Source: a virus
Lineage: Duplodnaviria > Caudoviricetes
Reading direction: 5' to 3' (one strand)
DNA length: 64,000 nt
Virus record (IMG/VR): IMGVR_UViG_2974655483_000001
Location: 1 to 64,000 of that record
In this document: positions 18,257-28,780 of the stretch, piece by piece
How positions within the stretch are numbered: the first letter of the stretch is position 1
Layout of the letters: every line of letters begins with the position of its first letter
Notes under the pieces: model-generated
Database searches by the model: none
What the model saw: only the letters and a program-made list of their open reading frames with translations
Told to the model about the DNA's origin: nothing
Position numbers and translations under genes: made by a program

Positions 18257-18805
18257 ATGATTAAAGTAATTGATAATTTCCTAGATCAATATTATATTGA
18301 TTATTTGGAAGATTGTGTAACTAATCAATCTTTTGAATGGAAATATCAAAAAAATGTTTCTACTTTTACTGAGGACGAATCAGGTTGGTTACATGGATTT
18401 AGTCATGGATTATATGATCCTAACTATGGACTCCGATTTGATGATTCTAAAGGACAAATATGGATTCCTGCTATACTAAAAATGGAACAGGAACTCATTA
18501 AAGAGAAAGCATCTTTAATCAGAACAAGACTAGACATGACGGTGAAGTCACCCGAAAATACTTTACATACACCTCATGTAGATCTTAAACAACCTCATTG
18601 GACTACTATCCTTTATCTAAAAGATTCGGATGGGGATACTGTAATCTATAACGAAAGAGTACAATCCGAAACATATACAGTCCAACAAACTGTAGAACCT
18701 AAAAAGAATAGAATTATATTCTTTGATGGTAGTTTCTATCATACGGGACATTCACCAAGTAAACGTATGAATCGCATCTTATTGAACAGTAATTTTGTTA
18801 AATAA
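18257..18805 (+). CDS. 2OG-Fe(II) oxygenase
   Basis: IDNFL, PHVD, LY..DSDGDT, PK.NR...FDG..YH.G..P....R. Confidence 0.85.
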   Translation: MIKVIDNFLDQYYIDYLEDCVTNQSFEWKYQKNVSTFTEDESGWLHGFSHGLYDPNYGLRFDDSKGQIWIPAILKMEQELIKEKASLIRTRLDMTVKSPENTLHTPHVDLKQPHWTTILYLKDSDGDTVIYNERVQSETYTVQQTVEPKKNRIIFFDGSFYHTGHSPSKRMNRILLNSNFVK

Positions 18806-18819
18806 GATGCCTTATTATC

Positions 18820-18891
18820 GCCTCCGTAGCTCAGTGGTAGAGCAGGGCTTTTGTAAAGCTCAGGTCGCAAGTTCAAATCTTGTCAGAGGCT
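18820..18891 (+). tRNA. trnT: tRNA-Thr (TGT)
   Basis: GCCTCCG/CAGAGGC acceptor with one C-A mismatch, loop TTTGTAA, GTTCAAAT. Confidence 0.9.
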
Positions 18892-18896
18892 CTCAA

Positions 18897-18970
18897 TCCC
18901 CTGTAGCTCAATCAGGCAGAGCACGGAACTGTTAATTCTGGGGTTACTGGTTCGATTCCAGTCGGGGGAG
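18897..18970 (+). tRNA. trnN: tRNA-Asn (GTT)
   Basis: TCCCCTG/CGGGGGA acceptor, loop CTGTTAA, GGTTCGATTCC. Confidence 0.92.
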
Positions 18971-18987
18971 TTAGTAACAAATATATT

Positions 18988-19344
18988 ATGAATTACAATT
19001 ATCCTTTGTACGCACCATATTGGAAGGTTGACCTCTTTCATAAATCATGGTATAGTACACTCAGTTCTCTTTTTAAGATGATCAATGTCAAAGACAACGA
19101 AGACGGTTCGTTCGTCATCGAATGGGATGAAAACGACGAAGCAGAAAGTATCTTCAACGACTGGACCAAAGAGGACTTCACAAACTTCCTCCGTTGGGCA
19201 GCAGAAGAAGAACTTAGTAAAGACTCAGACAAATCTGGAGAAAAATCTGGAGAAGATGGAGACATCTCCAAAGAAACGACCGAGAAAGACTGGGAAGACT
19301 TCTGGGAAGGTCCAGAAGCAAATAAAAGTAGTAAACTCCCGTAA
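18988..19344 (+). CDS. hypothetical acidic protein
   Basis: INVKDNEDGSFVIEWDEND...FNDWTKEDF; start may be at 19078. Confidence 0.6.
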   Translation: MNYNYPLYAPYWKVDLFHKSWYSTLSSLFKMINVKDNEDGSFVIEWDENDEAESIFNDWTKEDFTNFLRWAAEEELSKDSDKSGEKSGEDGDISKETTEKDWEDFWEGPEANKSSKLP

Positions 19345-19498
19345 AAAAGAATTGTTTCCTTGGGTCGAAACTTTTCCATACTTCATGCAAGATATGAGTG
19401 AAGGTAAAAAGTGTTGGTTTACCTGTGAAGAACATGCTGAAAAGTATGTAAATAGATACAATTGTAATTACAAACTTTATTTTTATACTGGCAAATGA
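19085..19498 (+). CDS. hypothetical protein; basic N-terminus overlaps the previous gene, start uncertain
   Basis: C-terminal FPY......KKCWF.CEEHA.KY..RY looks globular. Confidence 0.5.
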   Translation: MSKTTKTVRSSSNGMKTTKQKVSSTTGPKRTSQTSSVGQQKKNLVKTQTNLEKNLEKMETSPKKRPRKTGKTSGKVQKQIKVVNSRKKELFPWVETFPYFMQDMSEGKKCWFTCEEHAEKYVNRYNCNYKLYFYTGK

Positions 19499-19653
19499 CT
19501 AAGAAAACATTTAAGAGCAAAAAAGATGCTCAGTGGGAGTATGAAGAAACTCCCGAAGTCCGTGCAGCAGTTGCTCGTCTCCACAATGACATTCGCAAAC
19601 GCAATCTAAAAGAACAAGATGATGCACTAGGTTATGACACAGGATCTAAGTAA
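19495..19653 (+). CDS. hypothetical 52 aa protein
   Basis: Below track cutoff; MTKKTFKSKKDAQWEYEETPEVRAAVARLH...; ATGA-coupled. Confidence 0.55.
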   Translation: MTKKTFKSKKDAQWEYEETPEVRAAVARLHNDIRKRNLKEQDDALGYDTGSK

Positions 19654-19837
19654 ATATGACTTCAATGGTCTTGAACGTCTCCCTGCTAACATACTCAGAT
19701 TAATTAGTGAGTTAGAAGGATCTTATCAACTCTGTAAATATATGGGGTTTGAAGAGGATATGAACACGCTCAACGAAATGAAAAAGCCTTATTACAAACT
19801 TTACTTTAAAACTTTAAAGGAGCAAAAAAATGCCTGA
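19634..19837 (+). CDS. hypothetical cyanophage protein
   Basis: GLER.PANILRLISELEGSYQL.KYMGF.ED...KPYYKLYF. Confidence 0.65.
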   Translation: MTQDLSKYDFNGLERLPANILRLISELEGSYQLCKYMGFEEDMNTLNEMKKPYYKLYFKTLKEQKNA

Positions 19838-20126
19838 TTTGATTAATGAGTATTGGACACAAACTCGTCAAGATGAAGAGACTTTTGAAGTTGATTGGCG
19901 TGCAGAATATGTTATACAACGAAAAGATCGTATGCATGATGCGATTGAAGATTATCTAAATGATGATAAAGTTGATGCACGAAGAGCATACGAAGAGATG
20001 TTATCTTGTATAGATAACACAATTCAATATCACAAATCAAGTCAGGAAAAAGCAGTTGAACTCAAAGAACTCATGCTCGGACATAGACCAATCGAATCTC
20101 TCCATTCCTTCTCACTTGGAAGTTGA
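19830..20126 (+). CDS. hypothetical protein
   Basis: AAGGAG RBS, overlapping operon context. Confidence 0.65.
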   Translation: MPDLINEYWTQTRQDEETFEVDWRAEYVIQRKDRMHDAIEDYLNDDKVDARRAYEEMLSCIDNTIQYHKSSQEKAVELKELMLGHRPIESLHSFSLGS

Positions 20127-20211
20127 ATGGGAATCATACCTTGATGTATGTGCATCTTTTGGTATAGAACCCAACAAACGCAGATTTCTTAGATACAACG
20201 AATTGTTTCCG

Positions 20212-20219
20212 TATAAATA
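20212..20219 (+). promoter_or_regulatory. T4-type late promoter
   Basis: Exact TATAAATA upstream of the structural cluster. Confidence 0.75.
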
Positions 20220-20246
20220 ACCTTGTAGCAAATCGTGTGATTATTC

Positions 20247-21572
20247 GTGGGAACCAGAAAAATTTCTCAGTTGGATACAATCTCAGATGCAAATGTATCG
20301 GGAGAAGCAATTCTGCCCATTGTAGTATCTGACCCTTTGATTCCCAACCGAAAAGCAACCGTCAAACAACTTTTTAGAGGAGTCTCACAAGGAACAAAGG
20401 CAGAACCTGGTTTAGCTTTTGACTTGGACCGAGATACTGGATTATATCAAGATGCATATGATCAAATTGGTCTAGGTTTCGGTGATGGTGGATTCTATAT
20501 GTCTAGAATCGACAATGGTGGTGGTAGCACATCTCTTTATATTACAGCAACTGATGAAACTGCTAGTAACACAAATATTGTATTAGCACCAAAAGGAACT
20601 GGTGCTGTTCAAGTGACAGGTCAGTTTTTGATTGATGACCAATCTTTTGTTCTTTCTGATTCACAAGGTCCCAGGGCACGATTTGAAGTTAGTAATGTAG
20701 GTACTGGTACTAATACTAGAGTATTCACATTTCCTGCTATTACTTCTGGTAATGGTACAACCATTGTTGGTGACGATACTAATCAAACTTTAAGAAACAA
20801 ATCTATTATTATTAATGAAGATAACTTAAGTATTGTTGATGGGGATGATGTTGCAAAATTTCAACTAGCATATTCTGATTCTATTGGTCAGACTCGTAGA
20901 TATTTTCTACCAGATGCTGGTATTAGTTCTGTTACGGTTGCAAATCCTGTAGGTTTAGATTCTACACTTCTTGACACTAAAACTACACAAGTCTCATTTA
21001 ACAAAACATTTGTTGATGTTAAGTTTGTTCCTGATGATGCAGTAGATACAAAATATGCACAGATTAATACGTCGGCATTAACTGAAAATAGAACTATTAC
21101 TCTTCCTGACCAGAGTTTGACTCTCGTAGGAACAGTTGCAAACCAAATCATTAAGAATAAAAACTTTGAAGTTCTTGTTCTTCAAGATCCTGCAGATAAC
21201 ACTAAAAAGATTACATTTCAAGTTAGTAATCAAACTACTCTTACTAATTCCGTAGTAGTTTTTCCACCAACAAACACTCTAAATAGTGGAAGTGGAGATA
21301 ATGTTCTCGTTACAGAACTTGCAAGTCAAGATCTTTCAAACAAAACTTTATTCACCCCTGTTATAAAAAATAGCGGTAATACTGACGGTCAAGTAACATT
21401 TACTACTGATAATATTACTGGTCCTAGAGTAATTAGATTCCCCGATTCTAATGCAACTCTGTTATCTACCGATAACGTAACACTTGAGGATGTTAACTTT
21501 GGTGCTGGTATTGGCGCAAACAACCTCACAGGACAAACAAGACAACAACAATTCTTCTACTCTGGATTCTAA
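20247..21572 (+). CDS. virion structural / tail-fibre-associated protein
   Basis: RKISQL N-terminus, PGLAFD.D.DTGLY, repeated R..T(L/F)PD...TL....NQ.L.NK units. Confidence 0.7.
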   Translation: MGTRKISQLDTISDANVSGEAILPIVVSDPLIPNRKATVKQLFRGVSQGTKAEPGLAFDLDRDTGLYQDAYDQIGLGFGDGGFYMSRIDNGGGSTSLYITATDETASNTNIVLAPKGTGAVQVTGQFLIDDQSFVLSDSQGPRARFEVSNVGTGTNTRVFTFPAITSGNGTTIVGDDTNQTLRNKSIIINEDNLSIVDGDDVAKFQLAYSDSIGQTRRYFLPDAGISSVTVANPVGLDSTLLDTKTTQVSFNKTFVDVKFVPDDAVDTKYAQINTSALTENRTITLPDQSLTLVGTVANQIIKNKNFEVLVLQDPADNTKKITFQVSNQTTLTNSVVVFPPTNTLNSGSGDNVLVTELASQDLSNKTLFTPVIKNSGNTDGQVTFTTDNITGPRVIRFPDSNATLLSTDNVTLEDVNFGAGIGANNLTGQTRQQQFFYSGF

Positions 21573-21577
21573 TAACA

Positions 21578-23065
21578 ATGGCTAAACAAGGACTTCTTGG
21601 ACAAGTAAAACCAGCAGCGGGAACTAATACTGTATTATATTCTGCACCTATTGCTTCTTCGGCAAGTACGGTACTGAGTGTTGCTGCTCAAGGTTCTGCG
21701 GATTCATACGACATTGCTATTAAAGACCACGATCAAAATCTTACTCTTGATGCAAGCACATATAAGTTGCACAAGGGTGATGTTATTACTGGATATCGCT
21801 TTAATCTAGCAACAAATATTCCAGTAACTTCTTCTCTACAACCAGGTAATGCTCTTACATCTGAGGACGGTGAGAAGAGTGCAATCTTTGAATCTTACTA
21901 TCTCGAACCTTTTACTACAATTAATGTAAAAGAAATTGCTATCCGCTCACTTACAGTCACTAGTGTTGTAGGAACATTTTCTGTTGGTGAAACTATCAGT
22001 AAAGGTACTAGTCCTAATGATACAGTAGCAACTATTTACGCTGCGGCACAAGGTTCTGGATCTACTATTCTTTACATTGGACCTTCTACAATTAATGGTA
22101 GTGGTAGTGAGTTTACTGATGCTGATGCTCTAACTGCATCTGGTGGTGCTACGGCAGCAGTTGAAACGGGTGGTGTTGGTACTGGTGTTGATGAATATGT
22201 TTTCTCTACTGATGCTGGTGTTACATATGATATGTTCTTAGGGTCATTACTCACAGTATTTTCAGATAGGGTGTATCGTTTCGATACTTCTGACAGTAGT
22301 ATGAGTGGTACAGATTTCAAACTCTCTATTACTGTTAATGGTGAGTGGGGTCCTGATAATACTGCTGGAACTTCTGATGATGGTGTAGAGTTTACGACTG
22401 GAAAAACTACAAATGGTACTGCTGGTTCTGGTGGTGCATATATTCAGTATGATTTCTCGCAAGCAACTTTAACAGGTAATCTATATTTTTATGATGGTGA
22501 TACAGGAACAGCAGGAAAGTCTGCTTACGGTGGTAGTGATAGACTTCTGAATGTTAGTACTGACTTTGCATATAGTGCTGTCTATGTTTATGACATTGAC
22601 GGAACATGGGTAGACGCTACTGATAGTTTCTTAGCAAACGGTGTTTCATACACAGTTCAAACCAAAACTGCTGGTGCTTATGGTTATGTAAGAGATTTCA
22701 CAGGAACTGCTTGTAAAGTTGTTAAGGGTCTTAATTCCGCAGACTTTACAACTTCTGATGTCTTCCAAGATTCACCTCTGTTGAGTACTGCTTCTCGTAG
22801 TTCTGTTGCTATTAGTGCAATTGCATTAGCAACAACAGCAGCAAGTGTTGAAATGTTTGTTAAAAAAGACAACGCGATTGCTTCGGATGTAAGCGAAGAA
22901 ACTAAGTCATTAGTTCTTGGTCCAGGTGAAAGGGTTATCGTTGAAAGTAATGGTGGACACTGCTCTTTCAATCTCGTTGGATTTGAAGATGCTTCTACCG
23001 CATTCACTACAAGGAACTTTGGTAGTGCTGGTGCTGGCGATGCTGCCAGTGGCGGTGGTAGCTAA
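21578..23065 (+). CDS. virion structural protein
   Basis: G/T/S-rich beta protein with YRFD.SD.S and G..GAY motifs; in late cluster. Confidence 0.7.
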   Translation: MAKQGLLGQVKPAAGTNTVLYSAPIASSASTVLSVAAQGSADSYDIAIKDHDQNLTLDASTYKLHKGDVITGYRFNLATNIPVTSSLQPGNALTSEDGEKSAIFESYYLEPFTTINVKEIAIRSLTVTSVVGTFSVGETISKGTSPNDTVATIYAAAQGSGSTILYIGPSTINGSGSEFTDADALTASGGATAAVETGGVGTGVDEYVFSTDAGVTYDMFLGSLLTVFSDRVYRFDTSDSSMSGTDFKLSITVNGEWGPDNTAGTSDDGVEFTTGKTTNGTAGSGGAYIQYDFSQATLTGNLYFYDGDTGTAGKSAYGGSDRLLNVSTDFAYSAVYVYDIDGTWVDATDSFLANGVSYTVQTKTAGAYGYVRDFTGTACKVVKGLNSADFTTSDVFQDSPLLSTASRSSVAISAIALATTAASVEMFVKKDNAIASDVSEETKSLVLGPGERVIVESNGGHCSFNLVGFEDASTAFTTRNFGSAGAGDAASGGGS

Positions 23066-23104
23066 TAATAACCTCTAATAAATACTAATAAAGAAGAGTA
23101 AGAA

Positions 23105-26100
23105 ATGTCTCTAACTAGACTTAAGAATATTATTACTTCGAGGACAGGGCGTATTATTTACGTCAACCCCGATGATTTTGATGCTTCTGATGCTATCGAT
23201 AACAGGGGTAACTCTGCATTGAGACCCTTCAAGTCTATTCAGAGAGCATTTCTAGAGGTTGCTAGATTTTCGTATCGAGTAGGTTTGTCGAACGACGAAT
23301 TTGACGCCTTCTCGATCATGCTGTATCCAGCAGAATATATCATTGACAATCGTCCAGGTGAAGTATTATATACGAATGTTCCTCCTATTGATGAGAACTC
23401 CAATCTTGATTTAACATCACCTAACAATGTGTTGCATAAGTACAACTCTGTTGAAGGTGGAGTTATCGTTCCTAGAGGTTGTTCTCTTGTAGGTACTGAC
23501 CTTCGTCGTACAAAAATTATTCCTAAGTATATTCCATATCCTACAGTGTATGCTGCAAAGGGTATTAATACAGAAGATCAAGTACCTTCTAGAACAGCAA
23601 TCTTTAAGGTGACTGGTGGTACATATTTCTGGCAGTTCTCATTCTTTGATGGTGCTGAAGAAGGTGTATACTTCAAACCTGATAGTACAGAAACGCTTTC
23701 TCCAAAGTTCTCTCATCATAGAATTACTTGTTTCGAGTTTGCAGATGGTCTGAATAATCTATCTACATTAATTACTAATGGTACAGTTCCTAACGCAGAT
23801 TATACTGCCGTACCTAATATTCTTGAGAGAACTGACTTAGATATCTACTATCAGAAAGTATCTAAAGCATTTGCTACTATTCCTGATACATCTGGAGATC
23901 CTGCTAATGACCAAATTCAGGCAAGGGTAGAAGAAAATAGAATCGTTGGTCCTATTTCTGATGAATATAGAGTTCTTCAGATTACAAGAAACGGTCAGAC
24001 AGCAACAGCAGTAACGGTTGATGAGTTTGATAACCCTAGAGACCATGGATTCTCTGTTGGTGTTAACATTAATGTTAGTGGTGTTACTGGATCAACAGGA
24101 CCTTCATCTGAGGTTGATGCTTCAACATTCAATGGTTCTTTCATTGTTACATCAACACCAACAGGTAGTACATTCACATATCAGTTATCGTCAGTCCCAA
24201 CGGGTAATGCTGTAGGTTCTAATATTACAGTTAAGACTGAGATTGATACTGTTGACTCTGCATCTCCTTATGCGTTTAACTTGTCACTGAGAAGTGTCTG
24301 GGGCATGAATGGTATGCACGCAGATGGCAGTAAGGCAACTGGTTTCAAATCGATGGTTGTTGCACAGTTTACAGGTCTATCTCTTCAGAAAGATGATAGA
24401 GCATTCGTAAGATATAATGCTTCTACTGGTAACTATGATGCTGCAATATCTGGTGATGGTGCTCACTTAGATGGTTTTGCTGAGTATCGTAAGGGTTGGG
24501 CACACGAGCATATTAAGTGTAGTAATGACGCATTCATTCAGGCAGTTTCTGTGTTTGCTGTTGGATACGGCACACACTTTACAGCACTTAGTGGTGCTGA
24601 CATGTCGATTACCAACTCTAACAGTAACTTTGGAAACACTGCTTTAAGATCTGCTGGATTTAAGGCAAAATCATTCTCTAAAGATAAAGCAGGAGCAGTT
24701 ACACATATTATTCCCCCTAAGGCATTGAATGTTATTTCGACAACTGCTACGGGTACAAGTGGTGCTTCTACTATCACTCTTGCTAATGATGGTTCTATCA
24801 ATGGTGTCATTCAAGGTATGACCGTAAACGGAAGTAATATTGCACCAGGTGCAACTGTTATTTCTTTCAATGTAAATACCAGAGTTATAACTCTATCTGC
24901 GACTAATACAGGTGCAGTTAATAACAATGTTATCTTTGGTGAAGAAACTTCAGTTAACTGGGTAAACGTTGATATTCAACGCACAAAGGTTGTTAATGCT
25001 GCTCTCGCAGGTTCTGGTGGAACTCCTGGTAGTAGATTATATCTTTATGGTTACACGACTGAAGCATCACCGCCAACAACAAAGGTTCAGGGTTATGCTG
25101 TAGGTGCTCGCCAAGATGGTACGGGTGTTAATGCAGTTCCTGATAAGTTAAATATTCTTTTGGTTGCTAATGGAGCAAATAGTGCTACTGTTCAAACTGC
25201 AAAAATTTCACCATATGGTCCTGCAGTCTCTAGTATTGCTGCTGGTGTAGCAGGTTCGCCTATTCAATATGATAGTTCTACATATACAATTAATGGTGTT
25301 GCTGGATCAGTTGGTGGATGGTATTTGAATGTTGATGCAACTGATAATGAAATCTACACAACATTATCTACAAATACACAGTACAATAATGTTAACTTTA
25401 CTCCTAGTGCATTCTTAAAGAGAATTCCTGACCCTCGTGATTTACAAGATAGAACCTATCGTGTTCGTCTTGTAATTGATAAGGATAAGACTAATCCTCT
25501 TCCTCGCGATCCCCTTAGCGGTTATGTTATGCAACCGTTGAACAGTGATACAACTAACTACAATCTCCAGAGAGCATTTTATATCTATGATATCGAGATT
25601 GTCCAAGCATTTGAACGAGGCGTTTCTGATGGAATCTTCTACCTTACCCTGCTTTGTGCATCTATTTCACCTTCAACTTCTAACTTTAACGACAGGAAGT
25701 TCTCTCAAAACGTCAACGAAGTCTATCCTACGTTTGACAGAGACAACCCTCTTGCTGACCCTGATGCTGCGATATCCGTCGCTGACAATGAAACTATCGG
25801 TCTAGTAAATTCAACCGATGGTGCATCACCTACACCTAACAAAGACCCTAAGCGTTCTATTACAAAAGAAGGGGTTGAATTCTTATTGACTGATACTGGT
25901 TGGACACAACCAGGAACAACACCTAACTATGATAGTGTTAATAAGCGCCTTAGCAATGTAGAACTTACTGCTCGTGCTGGCGATGAAGAAACCAGGAAGA
26001 TTAATATCCGACAGAATAATGATGGCACTGTTGCTCCTATTCCTGTTGAGTTTAGACGCCACTCTATTATGAGATCTGGTAACCATACCTTTGAGTATCT

Positions 26101-27070
26101 TGGTTTCGGTCCTGGTAACTATTCAACTGCATTCCCTCAGACTCAAGTAGAGACGCTATCTGCTGACCAGATTAAGTTCTCTCAGTCTATTAAAGAGGAA
26201 GCAGGTGTTGCATTCTATTCAGGTCTAAACTCTAATGGTGACTTGTTCATTGGTAACCAGATTATTAACCCTGTTACTGGTCAGATTACGAACGAAGATA
26301 TCGCACAGTTGAATGTTATCGGTGAAGAGAATACAACGATTGAAACATTCTCTGAGTTGGTTCTTACTGATAAACTCACCGTTATTGGTGGTGCATCTAA
26401 CCAGTTAGAATCAATCTTTGCTGGTCCTGTTACATTCCAAGGACTTACAACATTCACAAATAATATTCAAGCGAAGAAGATTTCTTATTACAACCAAGAT
26501 GGTACTGTAATTAAGCAGACTCTTCTCGCACCTGAGGATGCTAATGGTCAACCTAGTTTTGCTAATATCACGGGTTATACTACACCTGCCGATGGTGACC
26601 TTGTTTATAATATTAACTGGTCACCTGGTAAATCTTTAGGTTGGATCTACTATGGTGGTGTTTGGAAAGAGTTTGGTCTCACAGATACTGGAGATATCGA
26701 TATTGCCACATTTAATAATGAGCAGCATATGGGTATTGGTACTGCTGCTGTTACTGGATTTAGAGTTGGTATCTTAGGTAATGCTAAAGTTGATGGAGAC
26801 TTAGTTGTTACTGGTAGAGGTGGTGTTGGTGCTGATAAGTATATTACCAAAACATATACTGGAGACGGCACAACTCTTACATTTGCAGTTACTACCTATG
26901 GCGGTGGTATTCAGCACTCTGATGATTCCCTCTTAGTATCACTGAATGGTGTTGTGCAGATTGCAGGTACAAACTACACAGTTGACGCTAACGGTGCTAA
27001 TGTTGTATTCAGTGCTGGTGATGCTCCATTATCTACTGATACTATTCACATTTTAGAACTGCCTATCTAA
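23105..27070 (+). CDS. large tail-fibre-like structural protein
   Basis: SL.RL.N......GRIIYVNP.DFDA.D...N.GNS..RPFKSIQRA..E, pectin-lyase-like SITNSNSNFG, RASGHTFEY-like RSGNHTFEYLG.GPGNYSTA.P; C-terminal GDG.T.TF...V.LNGV.Q domain. Confidence 0.8.
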   Translation: MSLTRLKNIITSRTGRIIYVNPDDFDASDAIDNRGNSALRPFKSIQRAFLEVARFSYRVGLSNDEFDAFSIMLYPAEYIIDNRPGEVLYTNVPPIDENSNLDLTSPNNVLHKYNSVEGGVIVPRGCSLVGTDLRRTKIIPKYIPYPTVYAAKGINTEDQVPSRTAIFKVTGGTYFWQFSFFDGAEEGVYFKPDSTETLSPKFSHHRITCFEFADGLNNLSTLITNGTVPNADYTAVPNILERTDLDIYYQKVSKAFATIPDTSGDPANDQIQARVEENRIVGPISDEYRVLQITRNGQTATAVTVDEFDNPRDHGFSVGVNINVSGVTGSTGPSSEVDASTFNGSFIVTSTPTGSTFTYQLSSVPTGNAVGSNITVKTEIDTVDSASPYAFNLSLRSVWGMNGMHADGSKATGFKSMVVAQFTGLSLQKDDRAFVRYNASTGNYDAAISGDGAHLDGFAEYRKGWAHEHIKCSNDAFIQAVSVFAVGYGTHFTALSGADMSITNSNSNFGNTALRSAGFKAKSFSKDKAGAVTHIIPPKALNVISTTATGTSGASTITLANDGSINGVIQGMTVNGSNIAPGATVISFNVNTRVITLSATNTGAVNNNVIFGEETSVNWVNVDIQRTKVVNAALAGSGGTPGSRLYLYGYTTEASPPTTKVQGYAVGARQDGTGVNAVPDKLNILLVANGANSATVQTAKISPYGPAVSSIAAGVAGSPIQYDSSTYTINGVAGSVGGWYLNVDATDNEIYTTLSTNTQYNNVNFTPSAFLKRIPDPRDLQDRTYRVRLVIDKDKTNPLPRDPLSGYVMQPLNSDTTNYNLQRAFYIYDIEIVQAFERGVSDGIFYLTLLCASISPSTSNFNDRKFSQNVNEVYPTFDRDNPLADPDAAISVADNETIGLVNSTDGASPTPNKDPKRSITKEGVEFLLTDTGWTQPGTTPNYDSVNKRLSNVELTARAGDEETRKINIRQNNDGTVAPIPVEFRRHSIMRSGNHTFEYLGFGPGNYSTAFPQTQVETLSADQIKFSQSIKEEAGVAFYSGLNSNGDLFIGNQIINPVTGQITNEDIAQLNVIGEENTTIETFSELVLTDKLTVIGGASNQLESIFAGPVTFQGLTTFTNNIQAKKISYYNQDGTVIKQTLLAPEDANGQPSFANITGYTTPADGDLVYNINWSPGKSLGWIYYGGVWKEFGLTDTGDIDIATFNNEQHMGIGTAAVTGFRVGILGNAKVDGDLVVTGRGGVGADKYITKTYTGDGTTLTFAVTTYGGGIQHSDDSLLVSLNGVVQIAGTNYTVDANGANVVFSAGDAPLSTDTIHILELPI

Positions 27071-27096
27071 ATAACTAAGGAGAAACTAGCACTGCC

Positions 27097-27513
27097 ATGG
27101 CACTTTCAAAAATTAGTGGGAATCAGATTTCCACAACAACACAAGCAATTATCAGTACTCTATCGTTTATTAATACTGATAGTGTCTTTAGATTGCCTTC
27201 AGGAACAACTGCACAACAACCAACAGGCGTCTCTGTTGGTACTTTACGATTCAATACTGATTTAGATTCGGCGGAGATTTATAAAGCAGATGCTGGCACT
27301 GGTAGTGCAGGATGGGCACCTGTTGCAGGTGGTGGTCCTTCATTAGGTGAAAATAGTATTGTTAGGACGAATGCTAATACAATCTCAGAAAACTTAACTG
27401 TTGGTCCTACAGCAGGTGGTGAGTTTGCAAATGGAATGTCGGCAGGTCCAATTACTATTGCAAACGGTTTTACAGTTACTATTGAAAATGGCGGAGCATG
27501 GAGTGTTAGATAA
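27097..27513 (+). CDS. short fibre/adaptor protein
   Basis: LPSGTTAQQP...GTLRFN motif; C-terminal GMSAGPITI..G.TVTI..G..W. Confidence 0.7.
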   Translation: MALSKISGNQISTTTQAIISTLSFINTDSVFRLPSGTTAQQPTGVSVGTLRFNTDLDSAEIYKADAGTGSAGWAPVAGGGPSLGENSIVRTNANTISENLTVGPTAGGEFANGMSAGPITIANGFTVTIENGGAWSVR

Positions 27514-27773
27514 TGGGAGTATTAAACGTTGGTAGTCTCCAAGGCAATTTTCCAAACTATCGAATTACATTAAGTAATGATAGTGAATTAGATATTGCTA
27601 GTCAGTTATTGCTGACTAATCAAACATATATGCCTCTTCCTGCAAATACTACTAATGGATTTGCATCAACTGCTGGTGGACCTAGAGGATATGTTAAAGG
27701 TCAATTGAGATATAATACTACTACTCAAAAACCAGAATTATATGATGGTGTTAACTGGGTTGAGAAGGCATAG
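27513..27773 (+). CDS. minimal fibre adaptor protein
   Basis: LPANTT...GQLRYNTT..K.E.YDG..W. Confidence 0.65.
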   Translation: MGVLNVGSLQGNFPNYRITLSNDSELDIASQLLLTNQTYMPLPANTTNGFASTAGGPRGYVKGQLRYNTTTQKPELYDGVNWVEKA

Positions 27774-27779
27774 TAAATT

Positions 27780-28772
27780 ATGAGTAAATTATCCGTAAGT
27801 GGTTTAAGTGGAATAACCGAAACTCTGAATCAGATAACAATTCCTGCTGGCAACATTTTAGATGTCGAAGGTCATCTATTTAATACAAGTACTGAAGCAT
27901 TTCAGTTACCTGCTGGCACTACTGCACAGAGACCTGGTAGTGCATCTGCTGGATATATGAGGTGGAATACTTCTGATTTGAAGATTGAGATTTATAATGG
28001 ATCGAGTTGGACTCAATATACGGTTGAAGGTACTGGTGGTACAGTATCTACCTTAGGTCAAACTTCTGCAACTGCTGCAACTTCTGCTGCTGCTATTCTT
28101 GCTGCAAATCCTGGAGCACCCGATGGTGTTTATTGGATAAATCATGGTAGTGGTGCATATCAAACTTATTGTTTGATGGATGCAGGAGGATTTATGTTGG
28201 TAGGTAAAATTCCTGCATCTCCTGCTGATACCAGTAATCCTTGGTCATATAGTGGTGCTAGATGGTCACAGCAAACTACTACTAACGAGTCAGGATGTCA
28301 AAGCATTGCTGGTGGAGATGCCTTAAATAGAGGGTATTATGGTTATACTTTGACCGAAGGTTTTATCTTCGCGATGGGTGACTATCGTAACTGGTTATAT
28401 CCTAAATCAATTCCTAGAACAGGTGTTACTGCTAGAAATGCCTTTATTGGAGGACAAGTTAATATATCTTCAGTCGATAGAGAAAACTTTTTGAGTTGGA
28501 TTGGTAACACTGGTGTCACCAGAAATAACTGGGATAATCAACCTTATTGTAATAGAATTGGTTTTAATCGAACTGATTCTAGTTCTACAGGTATGAGATT
28601 TGGTATTACTATGAACAATGAAAACGAGTGTAACTCTAACGACTCTTCGATCGGGTTTGGAGTTTACACTAATAATAATAGTGGTAGTGGTGATAGAAAT
28701 GCTGCTGCTGGCGGATTCCGTTGGAATGGCACTGTTCGCTATCCAAAAAATGGTTGGATTTTTGTAAAATAA
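27780..28772 (+). CDS. fibre protein with fibrinogen-like receptor-binding domain
   Basis: LPAGTTAQRP...GYMRWN; NPGAPDGVYWI....YQTYCLM..GG.ML. Confidence 0.7.
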   Translation: MSKLSVSGLSGITETLNQITIPAGNILDVEGHLFNTSTEAFQLPAGTTAQRPGSASAGYMRWNTSDLKIEIYNGSSWTQYTVEGTGGTVSTLGQTSATAATSAAAILAANPGAPDGVYWINHGSGAYQTYCLMDAGGFMLVGKIPASPADTSNPWSYSGARWSQQTTTNESGCQSIAGGDALNRGYYGYTLTEGFIFAMGDYRNWLYPKSIPRTGVTARNAFIGGQVNISSVDRENFLSWIGNTGVTRNNWDNQPYCNRIGFNRTDSSSTGMRFGITMNNENECNSNDSSIGFGVYTNNNSGSGDRNAAAGGFRWNGTVRYPKNGWIFVK

Positions 28773-28780
28773 GGAGAACT

